Below, one piece after another: positions 1-12,869 of a DNA stretch of 64,000 bases. The stretch is from Stylophora pistillata. Its lineage: Eukaryota. A program made the translations under genes and the position numbers. The notes under the pieces were generated by a model. It saw only the letters and a program-made list of their open reading frames with translations. It did no database searches and was not told the DNA's origin. Where the stretch lies: positions 666,960 to 730,959 of the forward strand of contig NW_019217885.1 in the NCBI RefSeq assembly GCF_002571385.2, written 5' to 3'. How positions within the stretch are numbered: position 1 is the stretch's first letter; each line of letters starts with the position of its first letter.

Positions 1-509
1 TAAATTTTAAACTGAAATAAAATCGAAAGAGCTTTTTATTAAGTTCTTCTTAAGTTGAACATTACAATGCTTGTGAATGGAGCCCTCATCAATTAATACA
101 GGGCCATGTGATGTCTAAAGTTTAATGCAGCAACTGCATGTCACGTTTCGAAAATCACGCAATGTTACGTGACGCTCCGACCGATATTTTTAATTTACAG
201 TATGCTCTACTGGAGAAATGTGGCTTGGCCGGAATCGAGGGAGTTTTCTTCGTGGAACATTGACTAGCAAGAGTACCATATCACTCCATATATTAATTAT
301 GCATTTAGACTAGTAGACTTAATTTGTTTTTAAAGTTTTGTCGTGAAAGACAAAGAAGTGGAATGCATAATTAATGTATGGGGTTATACGGTACTCTTTC
401 CACATTGACTTTCTGGGAAAGTTGTTCACATGAAAGACAAATCCATTCATCGGGCTCCTCGTCTATTTTGCACAACACCGAAAAAAGGAACTGAAAAAAG
501 GAAATATTC

Positions 510-950
510 ACGTGCAAGGAGTTAAGATATAACTTATTAACTTTAACTATTTTTATCATCCAATTACAGGTCAGAGCCATTCTTGTATTTAGTCGCTCCA
601 ATTGGAGCGACTAAATACAGGAATGGCTCCAGTCTCTGATCGTTCGCCTGAACTGAGCCTAGACTGACCAAAAGAGTTTAGTCAGAGGAATTTGTCAGCG
701 GATAACTTAGTCATCGCCGGATCACCGTTGAACGACCTCGCAGAACAAGAAAGGCCCTCCCCTCGTTATGTAAGTAACCATTTCTTGTTTGTCACATCGG
801 TGTTTTCGCTCGCATTGTTATTTCACTGTTCCTCTTAGAGACACATGGTTAAACAACACTCACGTGCAAGGAGTTAAGATGTAACTTATTAACTTTTACT
901 ATTTTTATCATCCAATTACAGGTCGGAGCCATTCCTGTCTTTAGACGCTA
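510..950. repeat. MITE-like repeat with a ~90-bp internal direct repeat (about 510-600 and 861-950) and a 56-bp palindrome (574-629)
   Basis: CACGTGCAAGGAGTTAAGAT...CCAATTACAGGTC.GAGCCATTC occurs twice. The palindrome is centred on CCAATTGG with one mismatch. A related motif recurs at about 48670-48704. Confidence 0.6.
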
Positions 951-2139
951 GTAAAAAATCCTCGCGCCGCCATCTTTGTTTTAAATTTTCGTCTTTTATC
1001 TTGCGCTTCTTTCGCGCGTTTCTCTCGCGCGTGACGCAAGAGTTATCTGTTCCCCGCGCGAGAAAACTAGTACGAGCCACCTTAACTCGCAGTTGTTACT
1101 GTAGTACATAACCGTGACGTGGATGAATTGCGCGAGGGGACGAGCACCTCACCACGCGCGACACGCGCGTGATTGCTCCCTCTCGCCTGGAAAATTCGCT
1201 CGTTCTCCTAACCAATATTTTGACCGCAGAGGGTCCGAAATGAACTACAAACCGTCTGTAACCTGGTTTCAATTTTTGCTTCATTAACATAGAAATTAAA
1301 TTTTTACCGTTTATTGAGAGACATCTTTATTGAGAGACATTTTCCGTTGTGATATCTTGACAGCTGTCAAAACAATTTGGATCTAAGTGCTCTTCGGAAA
1401 ACGTTTAACTTGCGTAAATAACACTCTTTCAAGGGCTTCTTTTAATTTTGATGATTTTGGTATGAAACGCTACCCCCGCTTTTAATTCTTTTTTCTTTTT
1501 TTTTTTGGCACGAAAGGGTACTAGCCTTTAAAATAACAAAAAAGATATTAAAAATTAAGATCAACTATCCTAAAGAAAGTAGAAAAATAATACATTTGAC
1601 TGTTGAGGTCTCTCGGGAAATCAACTCTGCCTTGAGGCATTCCATTTAACAAGTCAAAAGTATAACCAATGGTCCACTACTTTTACACCAAACAGTGCAT
1701 AATTTTTAATAGAACAACCACTAAGTTTCTAATCGCTATCAACTGGCAAAATTTTGATGTGATATGTTACAATGGACCGAAGAGATCAGTTCTGATGTCT
1801 CCGCGAAGTATTCTGTTAGTAAAAAAAAAATGAAAATTGCTTTTCGTTGCGCGTTGAATTTGCTACACATACTTAACTAGAACACTTAAGTTATTTGATT
1901 CAACTTTCGAGCACACAACGTTGTACACTACAAGGTCGATGGATCCTGATGGCAGAACACCCTGATTTCACATTGCACCGATCAGAAAAGGCTTGGAACC
2001 TCAGGTTACCTTAATTCGACTCTATAAAAGAGCAGTTTTGTTCTTCGTTGAAAACGAACATCAATTTGTTTATTCATTTATCTGTTGGCCATTGACAGAC
2101 GAAACGCCTGTTGACAAAACCCCTGGCACAATTATTAGG

Positions 2140-3201
2140 CTAAAGTGTTTCCATTTCAACCTCATTCTCCCTTGCCTTTAATGGTAAGCATTTATAACTT
2201 TTCATGATATTTCTTAGGCCTTGACGATATCTGTCGTTGAGTACAAAGTAAACGTATGGGTTTAGTGAAGCGTTTGAATAAAATAAAAATTTGACTACGA
2301 AGCTTAAGTGGTCCATGCCACAGGGAACCTCCATATTCCATGCGAAAAAAAACAAAAAACCTACAATATCTACGGGCAACATGCAAATGAAAAACAGAAG
2401 TATTATGGCCAAAATGTTCCAAATAATTTTGGCGTTCTCTTTTCGCCTGCTTTTCAAGAATGAAGAAGAAGAATTTCTCCAGTAAGGTTTCTCTCCCTTT
2501 AAATCTCTTAACATGATCGAGTACAAAACAATTATTACCATTAAAGGTATAGCGATCAAAAACATGGAAAGAATTCTAAAATTGACGCGCAACCCGCGCA
2601 CGGTGTCAAATGCCGGCTCAAAGCTGAAAAAACAAATACTGATAGATTCACCTGACCCTCTGACCCGTTCGATTCGAGCAATGTAGAAATATATAGCGTG
2701 TAGACCCATCGATATTAACCAGATAAGTGCAATCGCGAATTTTAATCTTCGTGGAGTTATGAATGGTTTTCGAAACGGTGACACCACCCCGGTGTATCGA
2801 TCAAGCGTAATAACAACAATGCTTTGGATCGACACAGCGGTTGAAATGTCTTGGAAAAAGTAAACAGCCTTGCAAAGAACTGCACCGAACAGACCGTGGA
2901 ACAACCATCCTCGAAAGCCAATGAATAACTGTGCCAGTTCTCTGGACACCGCAAATGCAGAAAGGAATAAATCTGACACTGCCATGTTAGCGATCAAATA
3001 GTTCGTAGTGGTTCGCATGCGTCTGGTTTTGGCAACGATAGCGATGACTGCCCCATTTCCAAAAAACGAAAGCAACATTAGAAGTATGTAACATACAGCC
3101 TTGATGGCCTTCACGGATACTGAATCTTCTTTACTGAAAAGAAAGCATTTGGACGCTTCGGTTGAGTTCCAATATGTTGAATTTTCCGGTGAAGTCAGCA
3201 T
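2140..3201 (-). CDS. Class A (rhodopsin-like) GPCR, neuropeptide-receptor-like (NPFF/QRFP/tachykinin/RYamide-receptor-like), paralog 1
   Basis: Uninterrupted ORF with 7 hydrophobic segments, GN (TM1), NMAVSD (TM2), DRY (TM3), NPYVY (TM7) and N-terminal N-glycosylation sequons. The first ATG, at 3201 (MLTSPENST), aligns with the paralog start. The ORF-track start at 3219 is a GTG. Confidence 0.93.
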   Translation of the reverse strand: MLTSPENSTYWNSTEASKCFLFSKEDSVSVKAIKAVCYILLMLLSFFGNGAVIAIVAKTRRMRTTTNYLIANMAVSDLFLSAFAVSRELAQLFIGFRGWLFHGLFGAVLCKAVYFFQDISTAVSIQSIVVITLDRYTGVVSPFRKPFITPRRLKFAIALIWLISMGLHAIYFYIARIERVRGSGESISICFFSFEPAFDTVRGLRVNFRILSMFLIAIPLMVIIVLYSIMLRDLKGEKPYWRNSSSSFLKSRRKENAKIIWNILAIILLFFICMLPVDIVGFLFFFAWNMEVPCGMDHLSFVVKFLFYSNASLNPYVYFVLNDRYRQGLRNIMKSYKCLPLKARENEVEMETL

Positions 3202-5396
3202 CGTCTTTCTTCCGCTCACGAATGAGAATGAGGATGATTTCGAAGATAACAGTGAAAAGCTATTGGACTTTTCTTTAGTAAAGAACCCAGATGAAAACTT
3301 CTGGTAAGGATAGGTTTACCGCATTTGGACCATAGTGCGGCCCCAATTTTCTAAATCAACCCCATAACTCGTAAACCCCCTCGTTAAGCCCAGGTGCTTT
3401 TTAGGAAAACAATGAAAAATACGATACAGAGAAGCTCGAGGCAATATTGCTCTTGGCGTCAAACTGGTGCACTATTAGAAACGTCTTCAAAGCCCTCTTC
3501 CTTATGGAGATATAGAAAGATTTTTCGTTACTTTCTGTTTGTGTTGATGATAACTGCCTGGTTGGGAACCATATCGAAGATTCCTATCTTTCACTCCAAC
3601 ATCGAAATCCAAGGTGGATGGCTGGCGGTTTTGTAGGCAGATGAGGAGAATAATGACGAGGCGGAGCATATCGAGTTAGCGGCCTCGCTACTTAAAATCT
3701 CCTCAAAGTCGCCAGCTACACGTACTGAGGATATCGAATATCTGAAATTCAAACCGTTTGATCATAGAAATATTATATGAGAAAAAAAACATCTTGCTGA
3801 ATCGAAAAAGAAATAATTGAAGCCCAAGTTGATTTCTCTAATAAATTTTTCCTAAGAAATTCCTCAAATAACTTAGCTTCTGAAAAGCCCCAAGAAAAGG
3901 CGTAGGCGTTGGAGAGAGGAGAAATTTGAACAAATTTAAGCCAGGAAAATATTTTGCTTGCTACTGCGAACTAGCAAATATTCACTGATACATGCAGTTT
4001 GATATGCAAGCAACTTCATGCGGGGGCCATAAAATAGTCTTTTTTTTTTTTTCAATATAATTAATTTTATTTCACCTCTCTTGCCACTACAACTAATCAA
4101 TCAATCCCGTTAATCGATAACTCAACCTTACCTTAATTTCCATATTGTAATCTTAAATTATTTGGGTGGGTGCAAAAACATTAGCATGTGTTTTTCCTTG
4201 ATTCCAAATTTTGGTAATCGAGGACGATAACCCTCTTGACTTCGGCGTTCGCGCAAAAAAAAAACCATGTGGTCCCAACAAAAAATCTCTGCCCCTTAGG
4301 TGACAATTAATGTCTGGTCCGTAATTAGCAAATAAGCCGCTTGCTTTTTGGAGTCGAATACTGTTTAAGGGGTAGTCAGGTCCAGGATCGAGTGAAAAGT
4401 CGACTCTAAAGCTTGCGAGAGATATTACTTACTATAAACTTTTTCGTATCAGCCCACGAGATTCCAGAATTTCGTGCAGTTCCGTTTGAAAGCCTTTTTT
4501 CGGGGACATTTTAATTTGCTTTCCGATATAGAATGAAGAACATCAAGAGGAAATAAGGTCTCGTCATTTTCTCTTAATAAATATCAACCCAATTGGTATG
4601 GAGACAAAAACAAAAAGTTCGAAATACGTAAGAACAAAAACAGTAAAAGAAATACGCTAAAAAATGACTTTTTTTTCTTCGACAGACAATAGAATTTTAT
4701 GCTCTCTTATCTAATGCTCCATGATTTCGAAAATACCGTATGTTACGTCAAGAAACATTGCATTTTAACTGCTTAAGGCAGAAAAAGGAAAAATATGAAC
4801 CAGTATCGCGACAGTGTTAATAAACAAAAACTTAAGTTCAAATTTATTTGTGTATACTCAATAAAACGAGTATTTGGCGCAAAATTAGCTTGCAAGGTTT
4901 TATCCTTGAATGTGTAGTCTTACCCATGATTCTTAACTGGATTTGCATTTAAGTTAATTGGATTTGACCATTTTTCAATTACTTGACGAGTGAAAACTAC
5001 TTAGTCTTAAATTTTTTTTTTTTTCTGAATTTAGACTTACTGGCGTCAAGTGCATTTTAAAAAACACTGTCTATATAGAATAACGAGGCCCGCATATGAT
5101 TGGTAACAGTTAGCTGTGGATAGAAGAGTTTATTATCTCTTGATGGTTACAGATGTTATTATCGTGATATAGGTTAAAAGAGTGTAAGACAAGACTGTCC
5201 ATTCAAGTTCTTGTTAAACCCTTTTATCCGCCCCCACTCCCTTAAAAAAACAATATTATCTTACGGTGTGATCCGCCTATCTACCCATTTTGATGAGCTT
5301 AATTTATCGCGAGCAGAAAAAAAAATAAAAAAAATAGCATTAACAAAAACTATTACATTCAAAGATGTCATGCCTGGTGTCGATTAGCTACAGCTA

Positions 5397-6449
5397 CTAA
5401 TACGTAGTCATTTCAACGCTTTTTATCTGTCTTTCGTGAACCAACCCTTTGTGGCCTTTGAAGAGGTTTCGCAGACCCTGGCGATATCTGTTATTTAGGA
5501 TGAAATAAAAGCAGGGATTGAGGGAAGCGTTGGAGTAAAAAATAAACTTGACTGCGAAGCTTAAATTGTCCATACCGCACGGAATTCCTTCATGCCATGC
5601 AAAAAGAAATAATAAACCCACAATATCCATGGGTAAAATGCAGATCAGAAATAAAGAAATAATTACCAGAATTTTCTTGATAACTTCAGTATTTTCCTTT
5701 TGTCGGCTCTTGAGCAGAGAAGAGGAACATTTTCGCCAAAATGATTTCTGCTTTTCTAAAGCCTTAAATATAAGTGAATATAGAACGATGAGGATACGTA
5801 GAGGAATAACGATCAAAAAAAGTGTCAAAATTATAAAGTTTATTCTTAGTCCCTGTAAATTGTCAAATCCTGGATCAAAGTTGACAAAACATACATTTGC
5901 ACCATTCGCTCTCTCCACGCGATAAATATAAAGATAAATGGCGTGTAGACTCATCGCTATCAACCAAGTGGAAACCATCACCATCTTGCGTCGTCGTGGG
6001 GTTATAAATGGTTTTCGAAACGGTGCCACCACCCCGGTGTATCTATCTAGCGTAATAAAAACAATGCTCTGTATCGATACAGCTGTTGAAATGTCTTGGA
6101 AAAAGTAAACAAGTTTACAGAGGATTGCCCCGAACAAACCGTGGAACAACCATCCTCGAAAACCAATGAATATCTCTGCCAGTTCTCTGGGCACCGCAAA
6201 TGTAGAAAGGAGTAAATCTGACGCTGCCATGTTAGCGATCAAATAGTTCGTAGTGGTTTGCATGAGCCTGGTTTTAGCAACAATGGCGATGACTGCAGCG
6301 TTGCCAAAAATAGAAAACAACAGCAGAACTGTGAAGCACGCGGCTTTTGTGGCCTTCACAGAGACTGAATCTTCTTTTCTAAAAGGAATACACTTAGAGG
6401 CTTCGGTTGCGTTTGCAAAAGTTGAATTTTCTAGAAAGGAACTGTTCAT
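5397..6449 (-). CDS. Class A GPCR, neuropeptide-receptor-like, paralog 2 (tandem duplicate)
   Basis: 350-aa ORF with GN, NMAASD, DRY and NPCFY motifs; colinear with and highly similar to 2140..3201. Confidence 0.95.
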   Translation of the reverse strand: MNSSFLENSTFANATEASKCIPFRKEDSVSVKATKAACFTVLLLFSIFGNAAVIAIVAKTRLMQTTTNYLIANMAASDLLLSTFAVPRELAEIFIGFRGWLFHGLFGAILCKLVYFFQDISTAVSIQSIVFITLDRYTGVVAPFRKPFITPRRRKMVMVSTWLIAMSLHAIYLYIYRVERANGANVCFVNFDPGFDNLQGLRINFIILTLFLIVIPLRILIVLYSLIFKALEKQKSFWRKCSSSLLKSRQKENTEVIKKILVIISLFLICILPMDIVGLLFLFAWHEGIPCGMDNLSFAVKFIFYSNASLNPCFYFILNNRYRQGLRNLFKGHKGLVHERQIKSVEMTTY

Positions 6450-8300
6450 CTTGTATCACCTCGTCAAAGCAAGTTTTGAGTATTTCATTTGCAGTGAATG
6501 ATGCTTGTTAATTTTATGATCTCTGTTTTGTATTTATCTCTTGCCAGGTGGTAGTGCCTCAATGGCATAGCTTGGGGGAGGGGTCGGGGCAATTTATCTA
6601 TAAAGCAAATTTAGTTATTATATTGCAATCTTTAGCTCCTTCGCTATTCAAGTGGGGAGGGATCGAGACCTAATTTTCATAATGCAGTCTTTCACTCATA
6701 CGCTCTCAAATGGCCATATTGATGTTGTTAAATTGTTTTGGCTTTCGGATCTTTAGCCTCGGGTTTGTCCGCAATTTAGCGTGAGTTATATTAATTTATG
6801 TCAATCAAGGTGTTTTTTTTTTTATGACCAGTTGTCATATTTATCTTTTTCAAGAATATGTTCTATTTTCACTACAATTTTATGAAAAATTTAATTCAAA
6901 CACCAATTAAAATATCCAAGTTCCAAGATATTTTTTTAAGTCAAAATTTATGATTTAAGTAACCAGTAATTCAAACTATCATGTACACGTACACAAGAAC
7001 AAACTTGTCACTTAATGGTCGCCCGATCTTGTTAAAAAAAATCTCCAAAATGTAATGCTATAAGAAAAAAACACTCACCTTAAATTAGTCTATTTCTCAT
7101 CCTGAAAATTTATTTTATTCCTGTTCAAAGAGACGCATTGAATATAAACCAAAAATTAGCGATCAGGTTTGAGAATCAAAGTCGCAATTCTTGTTTTTCA
7201 CGAATTTTTATTCCATTCAGTATCTGTTTATTTCTTGGAACAACATGCTTCATTTCGAAACCTTTTGAACTTTGTGAATAACCAAATACGTCAGCCCTTT
7301 ACTTAGGTGAGCTCAAATGTAACTTTAAGCGTACTTAAGAACCCTGTCAAAGAGAGCAGATAACTCAAACTGGTTGGGTGTAATAAGGAAAAGACAGGTG
7401 TGTCGACATATAGAATATTGCATAAAAAACTTCAGCTCAGATTTCTTACTAACTATGCATCGAGGCCATGCCGGTTACCATTTCCTTCTTTGCAAGCTGA
7501 AATGTTAGATAAATCAAACATTCCTTTAATTTGGTTTCATTTTAAGGCTGAATTTTATTTCTTTCGGGAAATCTTTCATGAAAGAGTTATTGAAATTCTA
7601 TTTCGTGATAATCTGTAAAATACTTTTAAGTTTATGGGCTAAGGACATAATCAATCTATTTTCCTTGGCATTTTTCTTTTCTGAATCACGATTTATTTAC
7701 TTCTTGTGTCGATGAAAAGAGAGAAATGACGAATGACCTTGACGTCCTCTTACATTTGCTTCTATAAAACAACCCTACAAATCAAAGACTGCATGCAAGG
7801 ATCGAAATTTTCCACAATTGAAAATAGAAATAGACAGGTTTCGTAAAACGGTTTTCGCTTCATAACTTTATCCATGGAGGCCAGGTGAAGATTTAAAAAA
7901 ATACTTCGGGCAAGTTTGGCTGTGCTGATGGAAAAATAAGATATTTTTTCCGTGAAGAGTTTCTTCAGTTAAACACCGCGATGTGCCAGGGCCGAACCAG
8001 GGCCGGGGAAATCTGCTGTAGGAAATCCGAGAAAAATTCCCCTATAGGAGAAAAATATTCCAGTTAACAGGCCGAAGCGAACGAGAGATAAAAGGAGGAA
8101 AGAGGACGGAATCAATAAAAGAGAGAGAAAATAAAATAAAAAATGAAATGTAGAAATAGTTGCATGGATGAATATTGCAAAAAAGGAAATATGCTTGGGT
8201 GTCTAGTAGTATTTCCAGGAGGGACTGGGGAAAAAAGTCCCACAGTCATTACTAGTCAGCTGCCTAGTGCATTTGAGTGGAAAGCGCGCGAACTGCCAAC

Positions 8301-11300
8301 ATGGAAGGTGAGTAATTCTTTTATCATTTCTGGGGGAAAACACTACATTTGTTGCTAATATCGTTTGTGGTACAGCGTAGTGATATTTTGTTTGTTTTTT
8401 TTTTAGCGTCTATGGCAGACCAGGCTCTTACTCGCTACAAATGCGACTCCAACACAGCTGTACGTTTCAAGCTCGGTAAGCCTTTGATCGACTTTTTCGT
8501 GTACAAATTTAAGTGCACTACGTTAACCTCTATTCTGCCAATGGAGCTCTCCAATGAAATCTTTATTTACGTGCCTCAGTGGTATAGAGTTATAAATATC
8601 CTTACAGCGTTGTGCTTGTGAGAATAGAAAACTAAAGCTCTGTTGCAGATGTCCATGTTTTAATCAAGAAAGGCAGGAAACTCGTTGAGTACAAAATAAA
8701 AAAAAAAAAAACCTGGGTGTACGTACTTCAGGAATGAAACTGAAATCAACGCTCCTTTTCTGCAATTTGTCTCTCAGTTTTAAGTACAGGATAATCTGCT
8801 CCATCTCAGGGAAGAAAACGGTAGACACGCTCGTAAGAGTTACTAATCTTCTTCAACCTATTTTACCCTCTCTCTGCAGTTCAATGTGAGAATGATGTAT
8901 TTGACAAGGGTAAAGAATTCCATCCAACGTTTTCGCACCAGTACTTCGGTGACAAGTGAGTCTTGTACACTCTTTCCCTTCTCCAACAGATAAATATTTA
9001 CCGTATTTGTAATTCAAGGTGTAGAGTGCGTTTTGGTTGTTGTTGTTGAAGTTGAAGTTNNNNNNNNNNNNNNNNNNNNNNNNNNNNNNNNNNNNNNNNN
9101 NNNNNNNNNNNNNNNNNNNNNNNNNNNNNNNNNNNNNNNNNNNNNNNNNNNNNNNNNNNNNNNNNNNNNNNNNNNNNNNNNNNNNNNNNNNNNNNNNNNN
9201 NNNNNNNNNNNNNNNNNNNNNNNNNNNNNNNNNNNNNNNNNNNNNNNNNNNNNNNNNNNNNNNNNNNNNNNNNNNNNNNNNNNNNNNNNNNNNNNNNNNN
9301 NNNNNNNNNNNNNNNNNNNNNNNNNNNNNNNNNNNNNNNNNNNNNNNNNNNNNNNNNNNNNNNNNNNNNNNNNNNNNNNNNNNNNNNNNNNNNNNNNNNN
9401 NNNNNNNNNNNNNNNNNNNNNNNNNNNNNNNNNNNNNNNNNNNNNNNNNNNNNNNNNNNNNNNNNNNNNNNNNNNNNNNNNNNNNNNNNNNNNNNNNNNN
9501 NNNNNNNNNNNNNNNNNNNNNNNNNNNNNNNNNNNNNNNNNNNNNNNNNNNNNNNNNNNNNNNNNNNNNNNNNNNNNNNNNNNNNNNNNNNNNNNNNNNN
9601 NNNNNNNNNNNNNNNNNNNNNNNNNNNNNNNNNNNNNNNNNNNNNNNNNNNNNNNNNNNNNNNNNNNNNNNNNNNNNNNNNNNNNNNNNNNNNNNNNNNN
9701 NNNNNNNNNNNNNNNNNNNNNNNNNNNNNNNNNNNNNNNNNNNNNNNNNNNNNNNNNNNNNNNNNNNNNNNNNNNNNNNNNNNNNNNNNNNNNNNNNNNN
9801 NNNNNNNNNNNNNNNNNNNNNNNNNNNNNNNNNNNNNNNNNNNNNNNNNNAATTGTAGCTTCTCTCAGTCGCTTCAAGTGTACACACCATGACTCATCGC
9901 AAAAACCACAGCGGAGACAGACTGACTAACGAATAAAGTGAAGAAAGCTTTTTTTCAAAAATAAATCCTTGTTGTACTTATAGATATATCTCTCTAGCTC
10001 TACCACTCAATAAGAGCAATATGGTATACATCTACATGTTTATGAAGCATGGGCTATGTGTGTTTGTATACGACTGTCTAAGAAACAAATTTAAAGCGAC
10101 ACCTGAACATTTTCGCAGAGATAAGATAAGATAATCACGTTTATTTTCTTTACGTGAGGCATGGTTACCCAGATTGTCGAGCCAGAGGCTCATGTATGAA
10201 ACGCAAGACAGCAACCCATCCCTCCCACCCCAGGGGAGGACATCATCACACAGTAATCTCGTGCGTGGGAAATTAACGTCTCCTGCCCCAACCCTGCAGG
10301 AGACAGGACCTCCATTTATTCGTCCCTATCTGAGAAGACCAGAATATCTAACCATTTCTTGATGTTATAGAAAGGTAGCAAATTCTTCTCAATTATTTTA
10401 AGACCTTGAGTGTTGGTCCGGCCATGGCTCCAACCCTCGACCTCCCGCACTACAGTCCAGCGCTCTGGATGAGTGTTGAATAACCAAATTCAGTTAGAAA
10501 TCAAAGTAAAAAGGATAAACGTAATTTCAAATTTTTCTCTTCTTTGCAGTGAAACCATATTTGGTTACAGCGACTTGGAAGTACAGGTAAATCTCTAATC
10601 AATCAACTGAAGCATGGTAGTAAGCCTGCAGTTTGCAAGACTGAGCTTTGTTATAAATTATGTACTTGGTTGATTAATCAGTCAGTCAGTCAGCTAGCAA
10701 GTCTGTCTCTCCAGCCAGTCAGTTAAACTTTCCATCATTCGCTCTTACAAAGAACTAACGCTCAAAACGTCAGCTTTTTAACTCTTTACGGTGGCCAATT
10801 TACAATTTCAACTTAGTTGATATAACTAAATTACCTTATAATCCCCACTGACATAGCAACACAGTTTCTTTTAAAAACTTAACCCCTTTATTCATCTAAC
10901 TTTCCAGCAGTCAGTCAGTCACTCAGGCAGTTTGTTTGTCTAACAGTCAAGTGGCTAGTTACTAAGTGGTGCTCAACGAATGTGATATAAAGCCCATTTC
11001 CGAATTACCCTTGGCCTCCTTTTCAAAACGAGGCCTGGTGCCCAACCATTCTTGTGAAAATGAGTTTATTTTGCATGTGAATGAAAACTTATTATCATAT
11101 GAAAGGATCAAGACTCGTTTTGAAAATGAGGCCAAGGGTAATTAGGAAAAGGGCTATTCATGTCATTTATTTTCTGTTTTTTTTTTGTTTTTTTTTTTCA
11201 GTTGTACTATCATGCTGGAAGTCTTCTTACTTACATAGGTATGAAACATGATGGACAGATAAATAGCAAGGGATTAGAGGTGAGAGGTTTCTTGCTCTAT

Positions 11301-12646
11301 TACACCTTTATTTTAAGATTATTGTGACAGACTCTTGATAGAAGAGTCTAAGTTTGATCTCAAGTGGTATTTTTTTGTATTGTGATCTCAATTAGATTCC
11401 TTACCGGCTTGGAGTATTTTTCTACCTTGGGGTATAGAGGATACCTGAGTGTTTATCCCTGATAAATTAGAATCTTGTTCGGAAGAAAGGCAAGGCTGTG
11501 GTCTAGTAGCACCTGGTAACCCTTGGCACCTTACTTTTGCTCTCAGGCGACTCAGGAATTTTAGTTTTTCTATACAAAGCATACGCTGAGCACCCTGGAT
11601 TTCACAGTTTCAGAGCGATGAGCTTCATTCAGTTTTCCTTAGAGCACAGCCTTGGAGAGGGATAATTTAAGTATTTTATAAATTTAATAAATTGAAGGGA
11701 AACAAATTAAAGAAAGGGAGAAAGAGAGGATTTTGGGATTTAATTCTTCAAGAAATGCTTAATATTCGAATGACATTAGATTTTGTTAGACATTTAAGAA
11801 TAAACACAAGCGCGAAAAACACACAACATGGAGTCATCGAAAAGTTGTGTGTTTTTCTCGCTAGTGTTTATTCTTAAAGAAATTTTTAAGAGGTTTTTTT
11901 TAAAAGTGCTTTAATTGTGGCGTGTTGCTGCACTGGATAAAAGTTTTGATGTTATTCACAGACAAGTAGAATAACATAAAGTTAATTGTGATCTATTTAG
12001 CTCATATTATCAATTTATTTGCTCTCCAGCCTGATCCTGTAATGAATATTATTGCAGACAGATATCCTGCTGGTGAGGTGGAAACCTATGAATTCAGTTT
12101 TTGCTTTCATTGATTTCTTCACTTTGTAGACCATTATTTAATTAATTGCTTTGTATCTGCTAGGATTTCTGACAAATTTAGATGAATTTATTGCCAAACT
12201 CCCTGGTGAAGGAAAATTCAGACCAATGGGGGAGCTGCTGCATTCATACAAGCAAAACAATGCTGAATATGAGATGTATAAGGTAACTTTTCGCTTGGTG
12301 AGCAATCACATGTTTTTATGTGGTTCAATCACTGACTTGATAACATACATGAAAAATTATGTGTTTCTGATTGGCTGAAAATGAGTGTATTTTTTTTCAT
12401 GTGACACAAGTGCAAAAATGTAGCGGCAAAAGTGCAAGTTACTAATAGCATGCTCTGTCAAAATTTCATCTGTCTTGACTCCCTGTAATGCTTTTTTCAT
12501 CTAAGTAATTGACAAGTAACACCATGATTTCTCATGCAATTTGATATAGAGTAGCACTTCTATGGGAAGCAGGGTTGGCGCAGTGGTGAGAGTGCTTGCC
12601 TTCCACCAATGTGTCCTGGGTTCAATTCCCGGACCCAGCGTCATAA

Positions 12647-12678
<32 letters not shown>

Positions 12679-12827
12679 CCGGGAGGTTTTTCTCCGGGTA
12701 CTCCAGTTTTCCCCTCTCCTCAAAAACCATCATCATTTGAATTTATTTAATTTGGAGTTTATTTAGATTTTCACATGACCCCACAAGCTGTCAGCTTTAA
12801 AAACATTATCATGTCTAAATAAAGGTG

Positions 12828-12869
<42 letters not shown>

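Noticed and set aside
5548-5925. Antisense ORFs overlapping the GPCRs (also 2291-2485, 3101-3307, 6253-6501)
   Set aside because: Shadow frames of the GPCR coding strand; their similarity to each other reflects the GPCR duplication.
8853-9929. Long X-filled ORFs here and at 15738-16686, 40493-40870, 45814-46131 and 47780-48507
   Set aside because: Artefacts of translating N gaps.
12564-12635. tRNA gene candidates (also 13288, about 20935 and about 53880)
   Set aside because: No complete cloverleaf; they continue into SINE bodies and tails or are fragments.
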